Assembly (NCBI GenBank): GCA_964594865.1 | Contig: CAZQMZ010000002.1 | Location: 1,607 to 65,606 of the forward strand | DNA from: an uncultured Lachnospiraceae bacterium | Lineage (GTDB): Bacteria > Bacillota > Clostridia > Christensenellales > UBA1242 | Direction: 5' to 3' | Length of the DNA: 64,000 nt | Shown here: positions 54,927-64,000 of the stretch, piece by piece | Position numbering within the stretch: position 1 is the first letter of the stretch | Layout: every line of letters starts with the position of its first letter | The notes under the pieces: model-generated | What the model was told of the DNA's origin: nothing | Databases searched by the model: none | The model's input: the letters and a program-made list of their open reading frames with translations, nothing else | Translations under genes and position numbers: made by a program

Positions 54927-57842
54927 ATGGCGGTATATAAACTGAACTCAAACAAGAAGAATAAGAAAAACACCAAAAAAGTTGTGGGCTTTTCTCTTTT
55001 GGCTGCGGCTTCTGTTGTTTTCCTTTTCTTGACCGGAATTGTGTCACCAATTCAAACATTCTTGTTGGGACTTCTTGGAGTGTTTGGATATCCGCTTTGT
55101 ATAATTTTGTTTGTGGTTGGGTTGGCACTTGTCAACAACAGAAAATATGTCATGTCATTGAAATACACCATCTGTCTTTGCCTGAGCGTGTTTTTTGCAC
55201 TTTGCATACTTCAACTCGCTATTGTGGGGAATAAGGGTGATTTGAGTTTTGGAGAATATTTGGCAAAAAATTATCTAGACAAATGGACAGCTGGCGGAAT
55301 TATCATCGGGTTGTTCACAACAAGCGTGCTCTATATTGCCAACATCTATGGAGCATACATCATTTTCGCACTATGCTTTGTGCTTTGCGTTGCACTTTTG
55401 CTTGACAGTTTGAATTTTCTCAAACGCGAGAAAAAAACAAGCGAACCTGTTTCGCTTCAAATCAAGGATAAAAAGTCAAAACAGGAAAGACAAAAAGAAG
55501 AAGTTGTCGAAATGGAGCCAGAAGTTCAAAACACAAATGTTGTTCTTGATGGAAATTTGAAAGAGGAAGAAGAAAAACAGGAACAAAAACCTCTCACGGC
55601 AAGACAAATTTTGGGATTGGATAGAAAACGCAACACGGCTTATGAATATGAAACAAAAAACAAATTTGAGCAAAAAACAAAAGAGGAAGAAGATAAGCCA
55701 AAATCGTTGAAGGAATATATTCTAACTCCGCCAGAAATTGACATTGATGAATATTTCAAAAATGTTCGAAAACAAAATGATGTTCCGTCGCAAGAAGAGA
55801 TCTCTGACAATATTTCCTCTTTGAAGAATGACGAAGTTGAGCCATCTCAAGTTTATCATGAAGATGAATTCAAGGCGGAAGTCACACCTGTCATTCATCG
55901 CACCTTGCCGGAAGTTAAGTCGGAAGAACTTGTCGAGCGCGCCGATGACATTTTGCGTTCTGCCATTCAAGAAGAAAAGAGTGAGAATCCGGACATCTAT
56001 GACAATTTTTCACCTTTGGACAATTTGCCAGAAAGAGATAACGGTGGAAACTTCACAAGACGCGACAGTTTTGAAGGGCAAAGTTCTTCGGAACGAAATT
56101 CCTTTTTGCGAGAACAAAACGACGAAAGTCGAAACTCTTATGAAACAAGAAACTTTGAGCGTTCTGAGAGAAGTGACCGACATTTTGATCGCACATACAA
56201 TTCTTCTGCCGAGGCTTATAAGCAAAGTCTGAGAGAAAGAGAAGAGAGAAATTTGAGTCAAGACGACAAGGATGCACGCGGACAGTTTGCTCGTGAGCAA
56301 GAGCGTATGAATATGCGTAATGGCACATATGCACGCGAAACCAATCCAATTCCTGAAGAAGAGCCGGAACATCATGAGCCGTATATCTATGAAAAACCTT
56401 CAATTGACATGATCACCACACAAAGCGTCGATTTGTCAACATTAAGTGAGGATGTGGCCGTGAAACGAGTGCTTTTGGAAAACACTTTGGAAACTTTTGG
56501 TGTGCCAGCAAAGGTACATGGGGTGGTTGTGGGACCGGCTGTGACGCGATATGAACTTGAAATGCCTCAGGGAATTTCTGTTCAAAAAATCAAAAACCGT
56601 GCCGACGACATTGCTTTGTCTTTGGCAGCAGAAGGAACCATTCGCATTGAAGCTCCAATTCCAGGAAAAAGTGTTGTTGGTATTGAAGTGCCAAACACAT
56701 CAATTGCAACCGTCAGTTTGAAAGATGTTCTTTCTTCGCGAGAGTTTATGCAAGGTTCGTCACCACTCACTTTTGCACTTGGCAAAGACATCGCTGGAAA
56801 AATCATCACTGCGGATATGACAAAACTCACACACCTTCTTGTTGCAGGGTCAACCGGTTCAGGAAAGAGTGTTTGCTTAAACTCAATCATCCTTTCAATC
56901 ATCTATAAAGCTTCTCCGGAAGATGTCAAAATTCTTTTGGTCGATCCAAAACGTGTTGAGTTTGCACCATATGAAGGTTTACCACATCTTATCATGCCTC
57001 AAATTGTTTCTGACACGCAAAAAGCAATCAATGCTCTCACATGGGCTGTCAATGAAATGGAGAGACGTTTTGATGCGCTTGGGCGAGCACGTGTTAGAGA
57101 AATCAGTGAATATAACCAATCGCCAGAAGTGCTTTCGGGTAAATTGCAAAAAATGCCTTATATTGTCATCATTGTCGACGAACTTGCCGATCTCATGATG
57201 ACGGGCAAAAAGGAAGTGGAAGAAAAAGTTTGTCGTCTTGCACAAAAAGCCAGAGCGGCGGGCATACATCTCATTCTTGCAACTCAAAGACCTTCAACTG
57301 ATGTCTTTTCGGGACTTATCAAAGCAAACTTCCCTTCAAGAATTTCTTTTGCTGTGGCAAGCGCCGTGGACAGTATGGTCATTCTTGACCGCGTTGGTGC
57401 TGAAAAACTTTTGGGCAGGGGAGATATGTTCTATTTCCCAAACGGCGCCAAAGACCCAATGCGTGTGCAAGGTTGCTTCATTTCAGGTCATGAAATTAAT
57501 TCTATTGTTGACTTTGTTAAAGACAACAATCCTCCAATTTTTGACGAAGAAATTGAAAAACAGATCAACAATCCAAACAAAAACAACAACTCCAATTCTC
57601 CGGGCTATAACACCGAAATGGATGAACTTTTGCCACAGGCACTCAAAGTTTCCATTGATTGCGGGCAAGCGTCAGCCACAATGATCAGACGCAAGTTTGC
57701 AATAGGATATCCGCGAGCAGCAAGGATCATCGACCAAATGGAAGCGGCGGGATATATTTCAAGTGCAGACGGTGCGAAAGGACGTTCTGTTTACATCACC
57801 GAAGATGAATTTAGAGATATTTTTGGCGACCAATATGATTGA
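54927..57842 (+). CDS. ftsK: DNA translocase FtsK/SpoIIIE
   Basis: N-terminal TM block, long charged linker, motor domain (AGSTGSGKS, VIIVDELADL), C-terminal winged-helix gamma domain. Confidence 0.92.
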   Translation: MAVYKLNSNKKNKKNTKKVVGFSLLAAASVVFLFLTGIVSPIQTFLLGLLGVFGYPLCIILFVVGLALVNNRKYVMSLKYTICLCLSVFFALCILQLAIVGNKGDLSFGEYLAKNYLDKWTAGGIIIGLFTTSVLYIANIYGAYIIFALCFVLCVALLLDSLNFLKREKKTSEPVSLQIKDKKSKQERQKEEVVEMEPEVQNTNVVLDGNLKEEEEKQEQKPLTARQILGLDRKRNTAYEYETKNKFEQKTKEEEDKPKSLKEYILTPPEIDIDEYFKNVRKQNDVPSQEEISDNISSLKNDEVEPSQVYHEDEFKAEVTPVIHRTLPEVKSEELVERADDILRSAIQEEKSENPDIYDNFSPLDNLPERDNGGNFTRRDSFEGQSSSERNSFLREQNDESRNSYETRNFERSERSDRHFDRTYNSSAEAYKQSLREREERNLSQDDKDARGQFAREQERMNMRNGTYARETNPIPEEEPEHHEPYIYEKPSIDMITTQSVDLSTLSEDVAVKRVLLENTLETFGVPAKVHGVVVGPAVTRYELEMPQGISVQKIKNRADDIALSLAAEGTIRIEAPIPGKSVVGIEVPNTSIATVSLKDVLSSREFMQGSSPLTFALGKDIAGKIITADMTKLTHLLVAGSTGSGKSVCLNSIILSIIYKASPEDVKILLVDPKRVEFAPYEGLPHLIMPQIVSDTQKAINALTWAVNEMERRFDALGRARVREISEYNQSPEVLSGKLQKMPYIVIIVDELADLMMTGKKEVEEKVCRLAQKARAAGIHLILATQRPSTDVFSGLIKANFPSRISFAVASAVDSMVILDRVGAEKLLGRGDMFYFPNGAKDPMRVQGCFISGHEINSIVDFVKDNNPPIFDEEIEKQINNPNKNNNSNSPGYNTEMDELLPQALKVSIDCGQASATMIRRKFAIGYPRAARIIDQMEAAGYISSADGAKGRSVYITEDEFRDIFGDQYD

Positions 57843-57879
57843 TGAAATACAAAAAGCTTTAAAAACAAGAGGATGAAAA

Positions 57880-59211
57880 ATGAATGAGAAACTGAAAGAT
57901 AAAAAGATTTCGGCAATTTCGCTGGGTTGCGATAAGAACAGAGTGGATCTTGAAAAAATGCTCTTTGCTCTTTCGGACTATGGCTTTGAAATTGTTGAAA
58001 ATGTGCAAGATTCCAACATTGTCATCATCAACACTTGTGCTTTCATCAGTCCGTCAAGAGAAGAGGCGCTGGAAAACATCTTTGATATGTGCCTTTTGAA
58101 GAGCAAAAATCGGTTGGAAAAAGTCATTGTTTCGGGCTGTCTTTCGCAGAGATATAAAGCGGATCTTCAAAAGCAAATTCCTGAAGTTGATGCTTTTTTG
58201 ACACTTGAAGAGAACGATAATATCGTCCAGATCATTGAAAATCTCTATGACATCAAACATTCCAAAACTAAAACGCGAAAAGGACGAATTTTCACCAATC
58301 GTGGTGCATATGCCTATCTCAAAATTGCTGAAGGATGCAACAATGCTTGTTCTTATTGCACAATTCCACGAATTAAGGGAAGATATGTAAGTTATAAAAT
58401 GGAAGACATTGTTGAAGAGGCAAAATATTTGGCAAAGAAGAATGTCAAAGAATTGATTCTTGTGGCACAAGATGTGACGAGATATGGAGAGGATCTCTAT
58501 GGCAAAAGCAAACTGATTGAACTTTGTCAAAATTTGGCGAAAATTCCTGGAATTGAATGGATTAGACTGCATTATGGCTATCCTGAAAAAATCTCGAAAG
58601 AACTTTTGGAATTTGTCGAGAAAGAGAAGAAAATGTGCAAATATTTGGACATTCCGCTTCAACATATCGATGAGCGCATTCTCAAAAGCATGAGAAGACG
58701 TTTGGGCGAGAGCGACACGCGTGCACTTGTTCAAAAAATCAAAAACGAACATCCTGACATCGCACTTCGAACCACTTTCATTGTTGGCTATCCAAGCGAA
58801 AGCCGTGAGGACTTCAAAAAGCTTTACAATTTTGTCGAAGAAACCGAGTTTGACTATGCCGGATTTTTTCCATATTATAGAGAAGAGAACACATCAAGTT
58901 TTTACATTCAAAATCAACTTTCAAATTTCACAAAGAAAAAGCGTCTGAAAAAAATCAAAAAAGTACAAAACCGAATTGCGACAAAAAAAGCTGTTTGTCG
59001 TTTGGGGAAGATTTACAAAGTTTTGCTGGACTATTTTGACGAAACAGAGGGAGTTTTTGTGGGACATACAGAATTTTTATCTCCAACAGTTGACTTTGGA
59101 GTGAAAATTGTGGATAATGGAAATATGAAAGCTGGTGACTTTGTGAACGTGAAATTTGTTGACTTTGACGGCGAAAATTTTAAAGGAGAGTGCTATGAAT
59201 CTTCCAAATAA
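57880..59211 (+). CDS. rimO: ribosomal protein S12 methylthiotransferase RimO
   Basis: MTTase N-terminal Cys triad, radical SAM CNNACSYC, C-terminal TRAM domain. Position between ftsK and pgsA. Confidence 0.8.
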   Translation: MNEKLKDKKISAISLGCDKNRVDLEKMLFALSDYGFEIVENVQDSNIVIINTCAFISPSREEALENIFDMCLLKSKNRLEKVIVSGCLSQRYKADLQKQIPEVDAFLTLEENDNIVQIIENLYDIKHSKTKTRKGRIFTNRGAYAYLKIAEGCNNACSYCTIPRIKGRYVSYKMEDIVEEAKYLAKKNVKELILVAQDVTRYGEDLYGKSKLIELCQNLAKIPGIEWIRLHYGYPEKISKELLEFVEKEKKMCKYLDIPLQHIDERILKSMRRRLGESDTRALVQKIKNEHPDIALRTTFIVGYPSESREDFKKLYNFVEETEFDYAGFFPYYREENTSSFYIQNQLSNFTKKKRLKKIKKVQNRIATKKAVCRLGKIYKVLLDYFDETEGVFVGHTEFLSPTVDFGVKIVDNGNMKAGDFVNVKFVDFDGENFKGECYESSK

Positions 59212-59824
59212 AATCACAATTTGCAGAATTTGCTTAATTCCACTTTTCATCTTTTTCTATCTTGCTTCGTTCATTCCTTATGGCAAGTTGATTGCCGTGC
59301 TGATTTTTGCTCTTGCATGCTTCACTGACTTTTTGGACGGGCGTATTGCACGCAAACGAAACTTGGTGACCAATCTTGGAAAATTTCTTGACCCAATTGC
59401 AGACAAGGTGCTTGTGATGAGCGGAATTATGCTCTTAGTTGCCGTTCCAATTGTGGCAAATGGAGGGAGCGTTGATTCTCAACCGGCAATTTATCCAACA
59501 TATGTAGGCGTGGTTGCGGGCATAATCATTTTGGCGCGCGAATTTATTATCAGCGCGTTCAGACAACTTGCAGCCACCAAAAATGTTGTTTTGGCAGCGG
59601 ACATGTATGGAAAAGTTAAGACTGTTTTTCAATTCATCACACTGATTTATTATATGCTCTATGCATTCATTGTGGAAGAATTTTTCTATGCTATTGATGG
59701 CACCATCAACACCGTGATTTGTCTTGTGGGATATGTCCTTCTTGCCATCACAATCATCATGACAATCATCTCTGGATTGAATTATATTTTGAAAAACAAG
59801 CAGGTGCTTAAAGATGAAAAATGA
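59195..59824 (+). CDS. pgsA: CDP-diacylglycerol--glycerol-3-phosphate 3-phosphatidyltransferase
   Basis: DFLDGRIARKRNLVTNLGKFLDPIADK CDP-alcohol phosphatidyltransferase motif. SD AAAGGAGAG. Confidence 0.9.
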   Translation: MNLPNKITICRICLIPLFIFFYLASFIPYGKLIAVLIFALACFTDFLDGRIARKRNLVTNLGKFLDPIADKVLVMSGIMLLVAVPIVANGGSVDSQPAIYPTYVGVVAGIIILAREFIISAFRQLAATKNVVLAADMYGKVKTVFQFITLIYYMLYAFIVEEFFYAIDGTINTVICLVGYVLLAITIIMTIISGLNYILKNKQVLKDEK

Positions 59825-60770
59825 GGTCATCGTTTTTTCAAGAGATTTAAACAAAATTCAAGAACTTAAATCGTTTGTTTTAAAGAATGGACACTTTGAT
59901 TTTTCGTATTTTGATTGTTGCGATTTTGAAGAGTGTTTGAGCGAAGTGAAAAGGGCAAAGTTGCAGTGCGAAACCACTTTTGTTATTTGCAAAAATGAGC
60001 AAATTGACAAACTGTTGCAAGAAATTGTGAGCAGTGGTGATTCCATGACTTTGATTCGCGAGCAAGCCGTGAATTTGCAAAATGGCAACAAAGACATTAT
60101 TTTTGTGCCAATTGAACTTGACTTTAAGCAGTTTTTGACTTTGGAAAAGAGAGAAGTTTTTGTCTACAGCCTTTTTGGAAAAACTTTGGCAGAACTTGAT
60201 GAAAAATTGTGCGAGTTGTCAAAATGTGACAGTGATTTTGGTGACAAATTTTGTTATAAAACCATAACAAAATCGCAGTTATTACATACCATATACACTT
60301 CCAAACCGTTGGAAGTTGATTGGTTGAACGAAAATTTTGGTGAGAGTTTGTTTTCACAAAAAGAAGAAAGTTTGACCGATTGTCTTGCAAACTTTTTGAA
60401 AGATAAAAATTTTGTGCTCGCTGATATGACGGGCGTGACAAAATCTTTCTTGAAGTCGAATGTTTTCCCAAAAACTTTCATGCTTTTCAAGGAAGAAGAT
60501 TTTGAAAATTTGGGGCTATCAAAGGAGTTTTTGGCAGAAAATGGGCTTGCAAGCCGAGAAACAGCATATCACCTTGCAAAACATATTTTAAAATTTGGTG
60601 AAATTGCACTTACAGTGCTTGTCAATGACGGAAAAAGTTTTGTTGCAATTGGAAATAAGGACGAAATTCATGTATATTCCTTTGTGTTTGAAGGGGAAAA
60701 TTTTGTTGAAAATTTTGAATATTTTGCCCTTTTTGAAATGTTGAAATTTTTGCAATCAAAGGAAAATTAG
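59814..60770 (+). CDS. hypothetical protein in the cinA position (divergent CinA-like?)
   Basis: Occupies the pgsA-[cinA]-recA slot. There is only weak resemblance to the CinA/PncC C-terminal region, and the canonical motifs are not conserved. Confidence 0.3.
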   Translation: MKNEVIVFSRDLNKIQELKSFVLKNGHFDFSYFDCCDFEECLSEVKRAKLQCETTFVICKNEQIDKLLQEIVSSGDSMTLIREQAVNLQNGNKDIIFVPIELDFKQFLTLEKREVFVYSLFGKTLAELDEKLCELSKCDSDFGDKFCYKTITKSQLLHTIYTSKPLEVDWLNENFGESLFSQKEESLTDCLANFLKDKNFVLADMTGVTKSFLKSNVFPKTFMLFKEEDFENLGLSKEFLAENGLASRETAYHLAKHILKFGEIALTVLVNDGKSFVAIGNKDEIHVYSFVFEGENFVENFEYFALFEMLKFLQSKEN

Positions 60771-60846
60771 TAAAGTTGTTTATTTTGGTTGATTTTAAGC
60801 AGTGATTTGCGTTAAAATGTTGATATCATAGAATTAGGAGTTTAAT

Positions 60847-61890
60847 ATGGCAGAAAAAGACAAAAAAGACCCACGCGAAGAGGCGTTGGAGCAGGCTCTT
60901 TTGAAAATTGAAAAAGATTTTGGAAAAGGCTCAATCATGAAATTGGGAGACAAACCATATCAAAAAGTTGATGTCATTCCAACTGGATGTTTGACATTGG
61001 ATCTGGCGCTTGGCATTGGTGGAATCCCTCGCGGACGCATTATTGAAATCTATGGACCAGAATCTTCTGGAAAAACAACGGTTTCTCTTCATATCGTTGC
61101 AGAAGCACAAAAAATGGGTGGGCGCGCAGCGTTTATTGATGCAGAACACGCTCTTGACCCATCATATGCCGAAAAATTGGGCGTGGACATCAAGCAACTT
61201 TATGTTTCTCAACCGGATAATGGTGAGCAAGCACTCAACATTTGCGACACGCTCATCCGTTCGGGTGCATTTGACATTGTTGTTGTGGACTCTGTGGCAG
61301 CTCTCACACCAAAAGCAGAAATTGACGGTGAAATGGGCGAAAATCACGTCGGCTTGCAGGCGCGCATGATGAGTCAAGCACTTCGAAAAATGACTTCAAT
61401 CACGTCCAAAAGCAACACAGCAGTCATCTTCATCAACCAACTTCGTGAAAAGATTGGAGTTATGTTTGGCAGTCCAGAAACAACAACAGGTGGAAAGGCT
61501 TTGAAGTTTTATTCCAGCGTTCGCTTGGATGTTCGCAAGACTGACACTTTGAAAGAAGGTCAAAACATCATTGGCAACCGCACAAGAGTGAAAGTTGTCA
61601 AAAACAAAATGGCTCCACCATTCAAGGTTGCCGAATTTGATATCATGTATGGTCAAGGCATTTCAAGAAGCGGATGCGTGCTTGACATGGCAGTGAATTT
61701 TGATATAATCAAAAAGTCTGGGGCATGGTTCTCATATAACGACGAAAAAATTGGACAAGGCAAAGAAAACACAAAGTTATATCTTGAAAAAAATCCAGAT
61801 ATTTTGGCAGAAGTTGAAACAAAAGTCAGAGAAAAGGTTGCTGGTGGCTCAGATGTTGGCTTGACAACGGAAGCAAGTTCGGAAGAGTAA
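60847..61890 (+). CDS. recA: recombinase RecA
   Basis: GPESSGKTT Walker [11 protein letters not shown]1/L2 loop regions. Confidence 0.98.
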   Translation: MAEKDKKDPREEALEQALLKIEKDFGKGSIMKLGDKPYQKVDVIPTGCLTLDLALGIGGIPRGRIIEIYGPESSGKTTVSLHIVAEAQKMGGRAAFIDAEHALDPSYAEKLGVDIKQLYVSQPDNGEQALNICDTLIRSGAFDIVVVDSVAALTPKAEIDGEMGENHVGLQARMMSQALRKMTSITSKSNTAVIFINQLREKIGVMFGSPETTTGGKALKFYSSVRLDVRKTDTLKEGQNIIGNRTRVKVVKNKMAPPFKVAEFDIMYGQGISRSGCVLDMAVNFDIIKKSGAWFSYNDEKIGQGKENTKLYLEKNPDILAEVETKVREKVAGGSDVGLTTEASSEE

Positions 61891-61919
61891 TAAACAAGAT
61901 ATATTAAGTTTGAAAATGG

Positions 61920-61950
61920 GCGAATTGTGAAATTTCAATTCGCTTTTTTT
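61920..61950 (+). terminator. intrinsic terminator after recA
   Basis: GCGAATTG / CAATTCGC stem plus T7. Confidence 0.9.
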
Positions 61951-62006
61951 CATTTTAATTTTCAATATAATTGATTTTTTAAAAATATTGGTGATATAAT
62001 ATATAT

Positions 62007-64000
62007 ATGTATGTTTTGAGGAACTCAAAAAATGTCATCAAACGTTTTTTTGCATTGTTTGTGATTGCAATTTTTTTTGCTACATCTTTTGTTGTCATTT
62101 TTCAAAACATCGGCTCTGAAACCATTTCCGCAGATTTTGATGCGTTCTATTCTTCCTTGATGAGTATGTTTGAATATGACGAAGTTGTGCTCGGTGAAGA
62201 AGAATATATTTTGAGTGACGAAGATGTTTTGGTCACTGAAACGGTTGCAACGCAATATTCGTTGCAGACATATCAAAGCGACATTGAAGGGTTTTATATT
62301 GTGGAAAATTGCAACATAGAAGAGGATTCTGTTGTGACAGAGTCCACCACTTATAACCGGCTTATTATATATTATGACGGCACTCTTGACTCCTATGGGG
62401 CGGTGCTGACAGCAGAGATTGACAATTTGCACATTTTTCAGTATGAAAATGCTGAAGACACGGCATCGGCTTATGAATATTATTCCAGCTTGAACTTGTC
62501 AGTTTCTTATGACGCTCTTGTGACGTTGGAGGATTACACTGTCGAAGAAGTTTATGAAGAAACCACAGTTTCAACTTCATACACAAATCCTTGGACAGAC
62601 AAGACATTCAATTCGTGGGGCGCAAGCTATGTTGGTTATGCATCTTATGTGGAAAATATGTGCGCACGAAATGACAGTCTAAACGAGGTGGTGGTTGTTG
62701 TGATTGACAGCGGAATCAACACTTCTCATGTGCTTTTTGAAGACCGAATTCTGTATAATTATGGCAAAAATTTCACTACCGAAACCAGCACAAGCGGATA
62801 TGAATTTGAAGATTTGAGTGGTCATGGCACGCATGTCAGCGGAATTATCGCAGAATCCACACTTGACAATGTGAAAATTTTGCCACTTAAAGTGTTGGAC
62901 AGCGAAGGTTCAGGTAAAGTTTCTTACATCACGGCGGCATATGCATATGTCAAAACATTGGCAGACACGCTCAATATCAAAGTCATCAATTTAAGCATTG
63001 GTGTCACAGACTCCGACGGCAAGGGGACAACAAACTCAAGTTTGATTAATAGCATTGAAGAGTTGTATGATGAAAAATACAACATCTTATCGGTTGTGTC
63101 AGCGGGAAATGAAAGAATGGACACCGAAACTTGCTCTCCTGCAAACGCACCAAATGCAATCACAGTTTCGGCGGTGGCACAGTCTGGATCTTCAGTTGTT
63201 TTTGCGTATTCATACAGCAACTATGGCGACGAAGTTGACCTTTGCGCTCCCGGAACGAGCATATACAGTGCGTATATTGGTTCGTCGACGCGTTACGCCA
63301 CTCTTTCTGGAACTTCCATGGCGGCGCCTCATGTGACGGCAGCGGTGGCACTTTTATACTCAAATCCAGCCTTGGAAGACATTTTTGGTGATGGAGAAGA
63401 GTTGACTCCAAGCCTTGTCACTTCAAAATTGAAAGAATTTGCCATTGACTATGGCGACGAAGGAGATGACATATATTACGGCGCTGGACTTGTGAATGTT
63501 GCAGACATTGGGGCAGTTTATTATGGATATGTCACTTTCAGTCGAAGTGGTGGAGAATATGATCAACAAGTCACACTCGCGCTCTCACTTTCAGGTGTCA
63601 GGCTTGAAGGACTTTCAAACAATTACACAATTTATTATTCTTTGGAAAGTTATGACGGTGAAGGATCACAAGATTTTGTTGAATACACATCACCAATTCA
63701 AATTTCCTCAACCACAAAAGTGACCGCATATGCAAAATATGGAAATGAGGTTTATGAAAAATATGGCTATGAAGCAACCTACACTTCAAGCGAGCTCTAT
63801 ATCTTTGGTTATTATGATGTTTTGAGCAACTATGAGTTCACTCTCACTGACGATGGATATGTTTTGACGGCGTATAGTGGCACTCTCACCACATTGATTT
63901 TGCCGTCGACTTACAATGGAAAAGATGTCGTTGCTTTGGGTGAATATGCGTTCAATGGAACAAATGTCACAACCTTGACTTTGCCTGACAGCATCAAAAC
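62007..64000 (+). CDS. secreted S8 (subtilisin-like) serine peptidase with C-terminal accessory domains; 3' end outside the window
   Basis: Not in the ORF track because no stop lies in the window. N-terminal TM/signal segment. Catalytic triad VVIDSGIN / GHGTHVSG / GTSMAAPH. Followed by a chitobiase-C-like segment and the start of BspA-type leucine-rich repeats (LILPSTYNGKDVVALGEYAFNGTNVTTLTLPDSI). Confidence 0.85.
   Translation, partial: MYVLRNSKNVIKRFFALFVIAIFFATSFVVIFQNIGSETISADFDAFYSSLMSMFEYDEVVLGEEEYILSDEDVLVTETVATQYSLQTYQSDIEGFYIVENCNIEEDSVVTESTTYNRLIIYYDGTLDSYGAVLTAEIDNLHIFQYENAEDTASAYEYYSSLNLSVSYDALVTLEDYTVEEVYEETTVSTSYTNPWTDKTFNSWGASYVGYASYVENMCARNDSLNEVVVVVIDSGINTSHVLFEDRILYNYGKNFTTETSTSGYEFEDLSGHGTHVSGIIAESTLDNVKILPLKVLDSEGSGKVSYITAAYAYVKTLADTLNIKVINLSIGVTDSDGKGTTNSSLINSIEELYDEKYNILSVVSAGNERMDTETCSPANAPNAITVSAVAQSGSSVVFAYSYSNYGDEVDLCAPGTSIYSAYIGSSTRYATLSGTSMAAPHVTAAVALLYSNPALEDIFGDGEELTPSLVTSKLKEFAIDYGDEGDDIYYGAGLVNVADIGAVYYGYVTFSRSGGEYDQQVTLALSLSGVRLEGLSNNYTIYYSLESYDGEGSQDFVEYTSPIQISSTTKVTAYAKYGNEVYEKYGYEATYTSSELYIFGYYDVLSNYEFTLTDDGYVLTAYSGTLTTLILPSTYNGKDVVALGEYAFNGTNVTTLTLPDSIK

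Noticed and set aside
1-64000. Search for tRNA, rRNA, transposase/integrase genes, prophage genes, toxin-antitoxin pairs, restriction-modification systems or known defence systems.
   Set aside because: None was recognisable by eye. There are no GGTTCGAATCC-type T-arm motifs, no rRNA-like segments, and all large ORFs have housekeeping or surface-protein assignments. The only accessory-looking DNA is 31.2-32.1 kb and 33.7-34.3 kb.

Overview
Low-GC, mostly plus-strand housekeeping chromosome segment from a Firmicutes/Clostridia-like organism. The taxonomic call rests on the mcsA-mcsB-clpC, ytxC-thrS (T-box), yqfC-yqfD-ybeY-era, rplU-prp-rpmA and ftsK-rimO-pgsA-recA syntenies. Recognisable genes in order: alr (3' end), rsmD, glmS, a TM2-domain protein, a glycerophosphodiesterase, pyruvate:ferredoxin oxidoreductase, truA, thrS, yajC-secD-secF, dinB, tex, mcsA/mcsB/clpC, hpf, pcrA, ligA, the str operon (rpsL-rpsG-fusA-tuf), an M18 aminopeptidase, sepF-like, lspA-rluD, rplU-prp-rpmA, ogg, two large lipoproteins, floA, yqfC/yqfD, ybeY, era, a nucleoside hydrolase, a polysaccharide deacetylase, ftsK, rimO, pgsA, recA and a partial S8 peptidase. 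I found no rRNA, tRNA, CRISPR array, transposase or integrase. The most unusual locus is 31.2-32.5 kb, between ligA and rpsL. It holds two tandem cassettes in which a strongly SD-led short ORF carries an uninterrupted G9 run just upstream of a Cys-rich, basic ORFan; one extra G would switch both cassettes to a fused or translationally coupled state. These are followed by an orphan ~240-nt structured RNA with a consensus promoter and an intrinsic terminator directly upstream of rpsL. A third poly-G run (G8) sits in the spacer of the TM2-gene promoter. Other points: an AT-rich ORFan inserted between rpsG and fusA; a recurring extended -10 / N5-7 / ATG layout without an SD, suggesting leaderless mRNAs; helically phased A-tract arrays in several intergenic regions; and several degenerate or domain-reduced housekeeping proteins (amidohydrolase-like, ABC ATPase, ThrRS without TGS, mini-McsA). 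All calls come from reading the sequence and translations; no database search was run.
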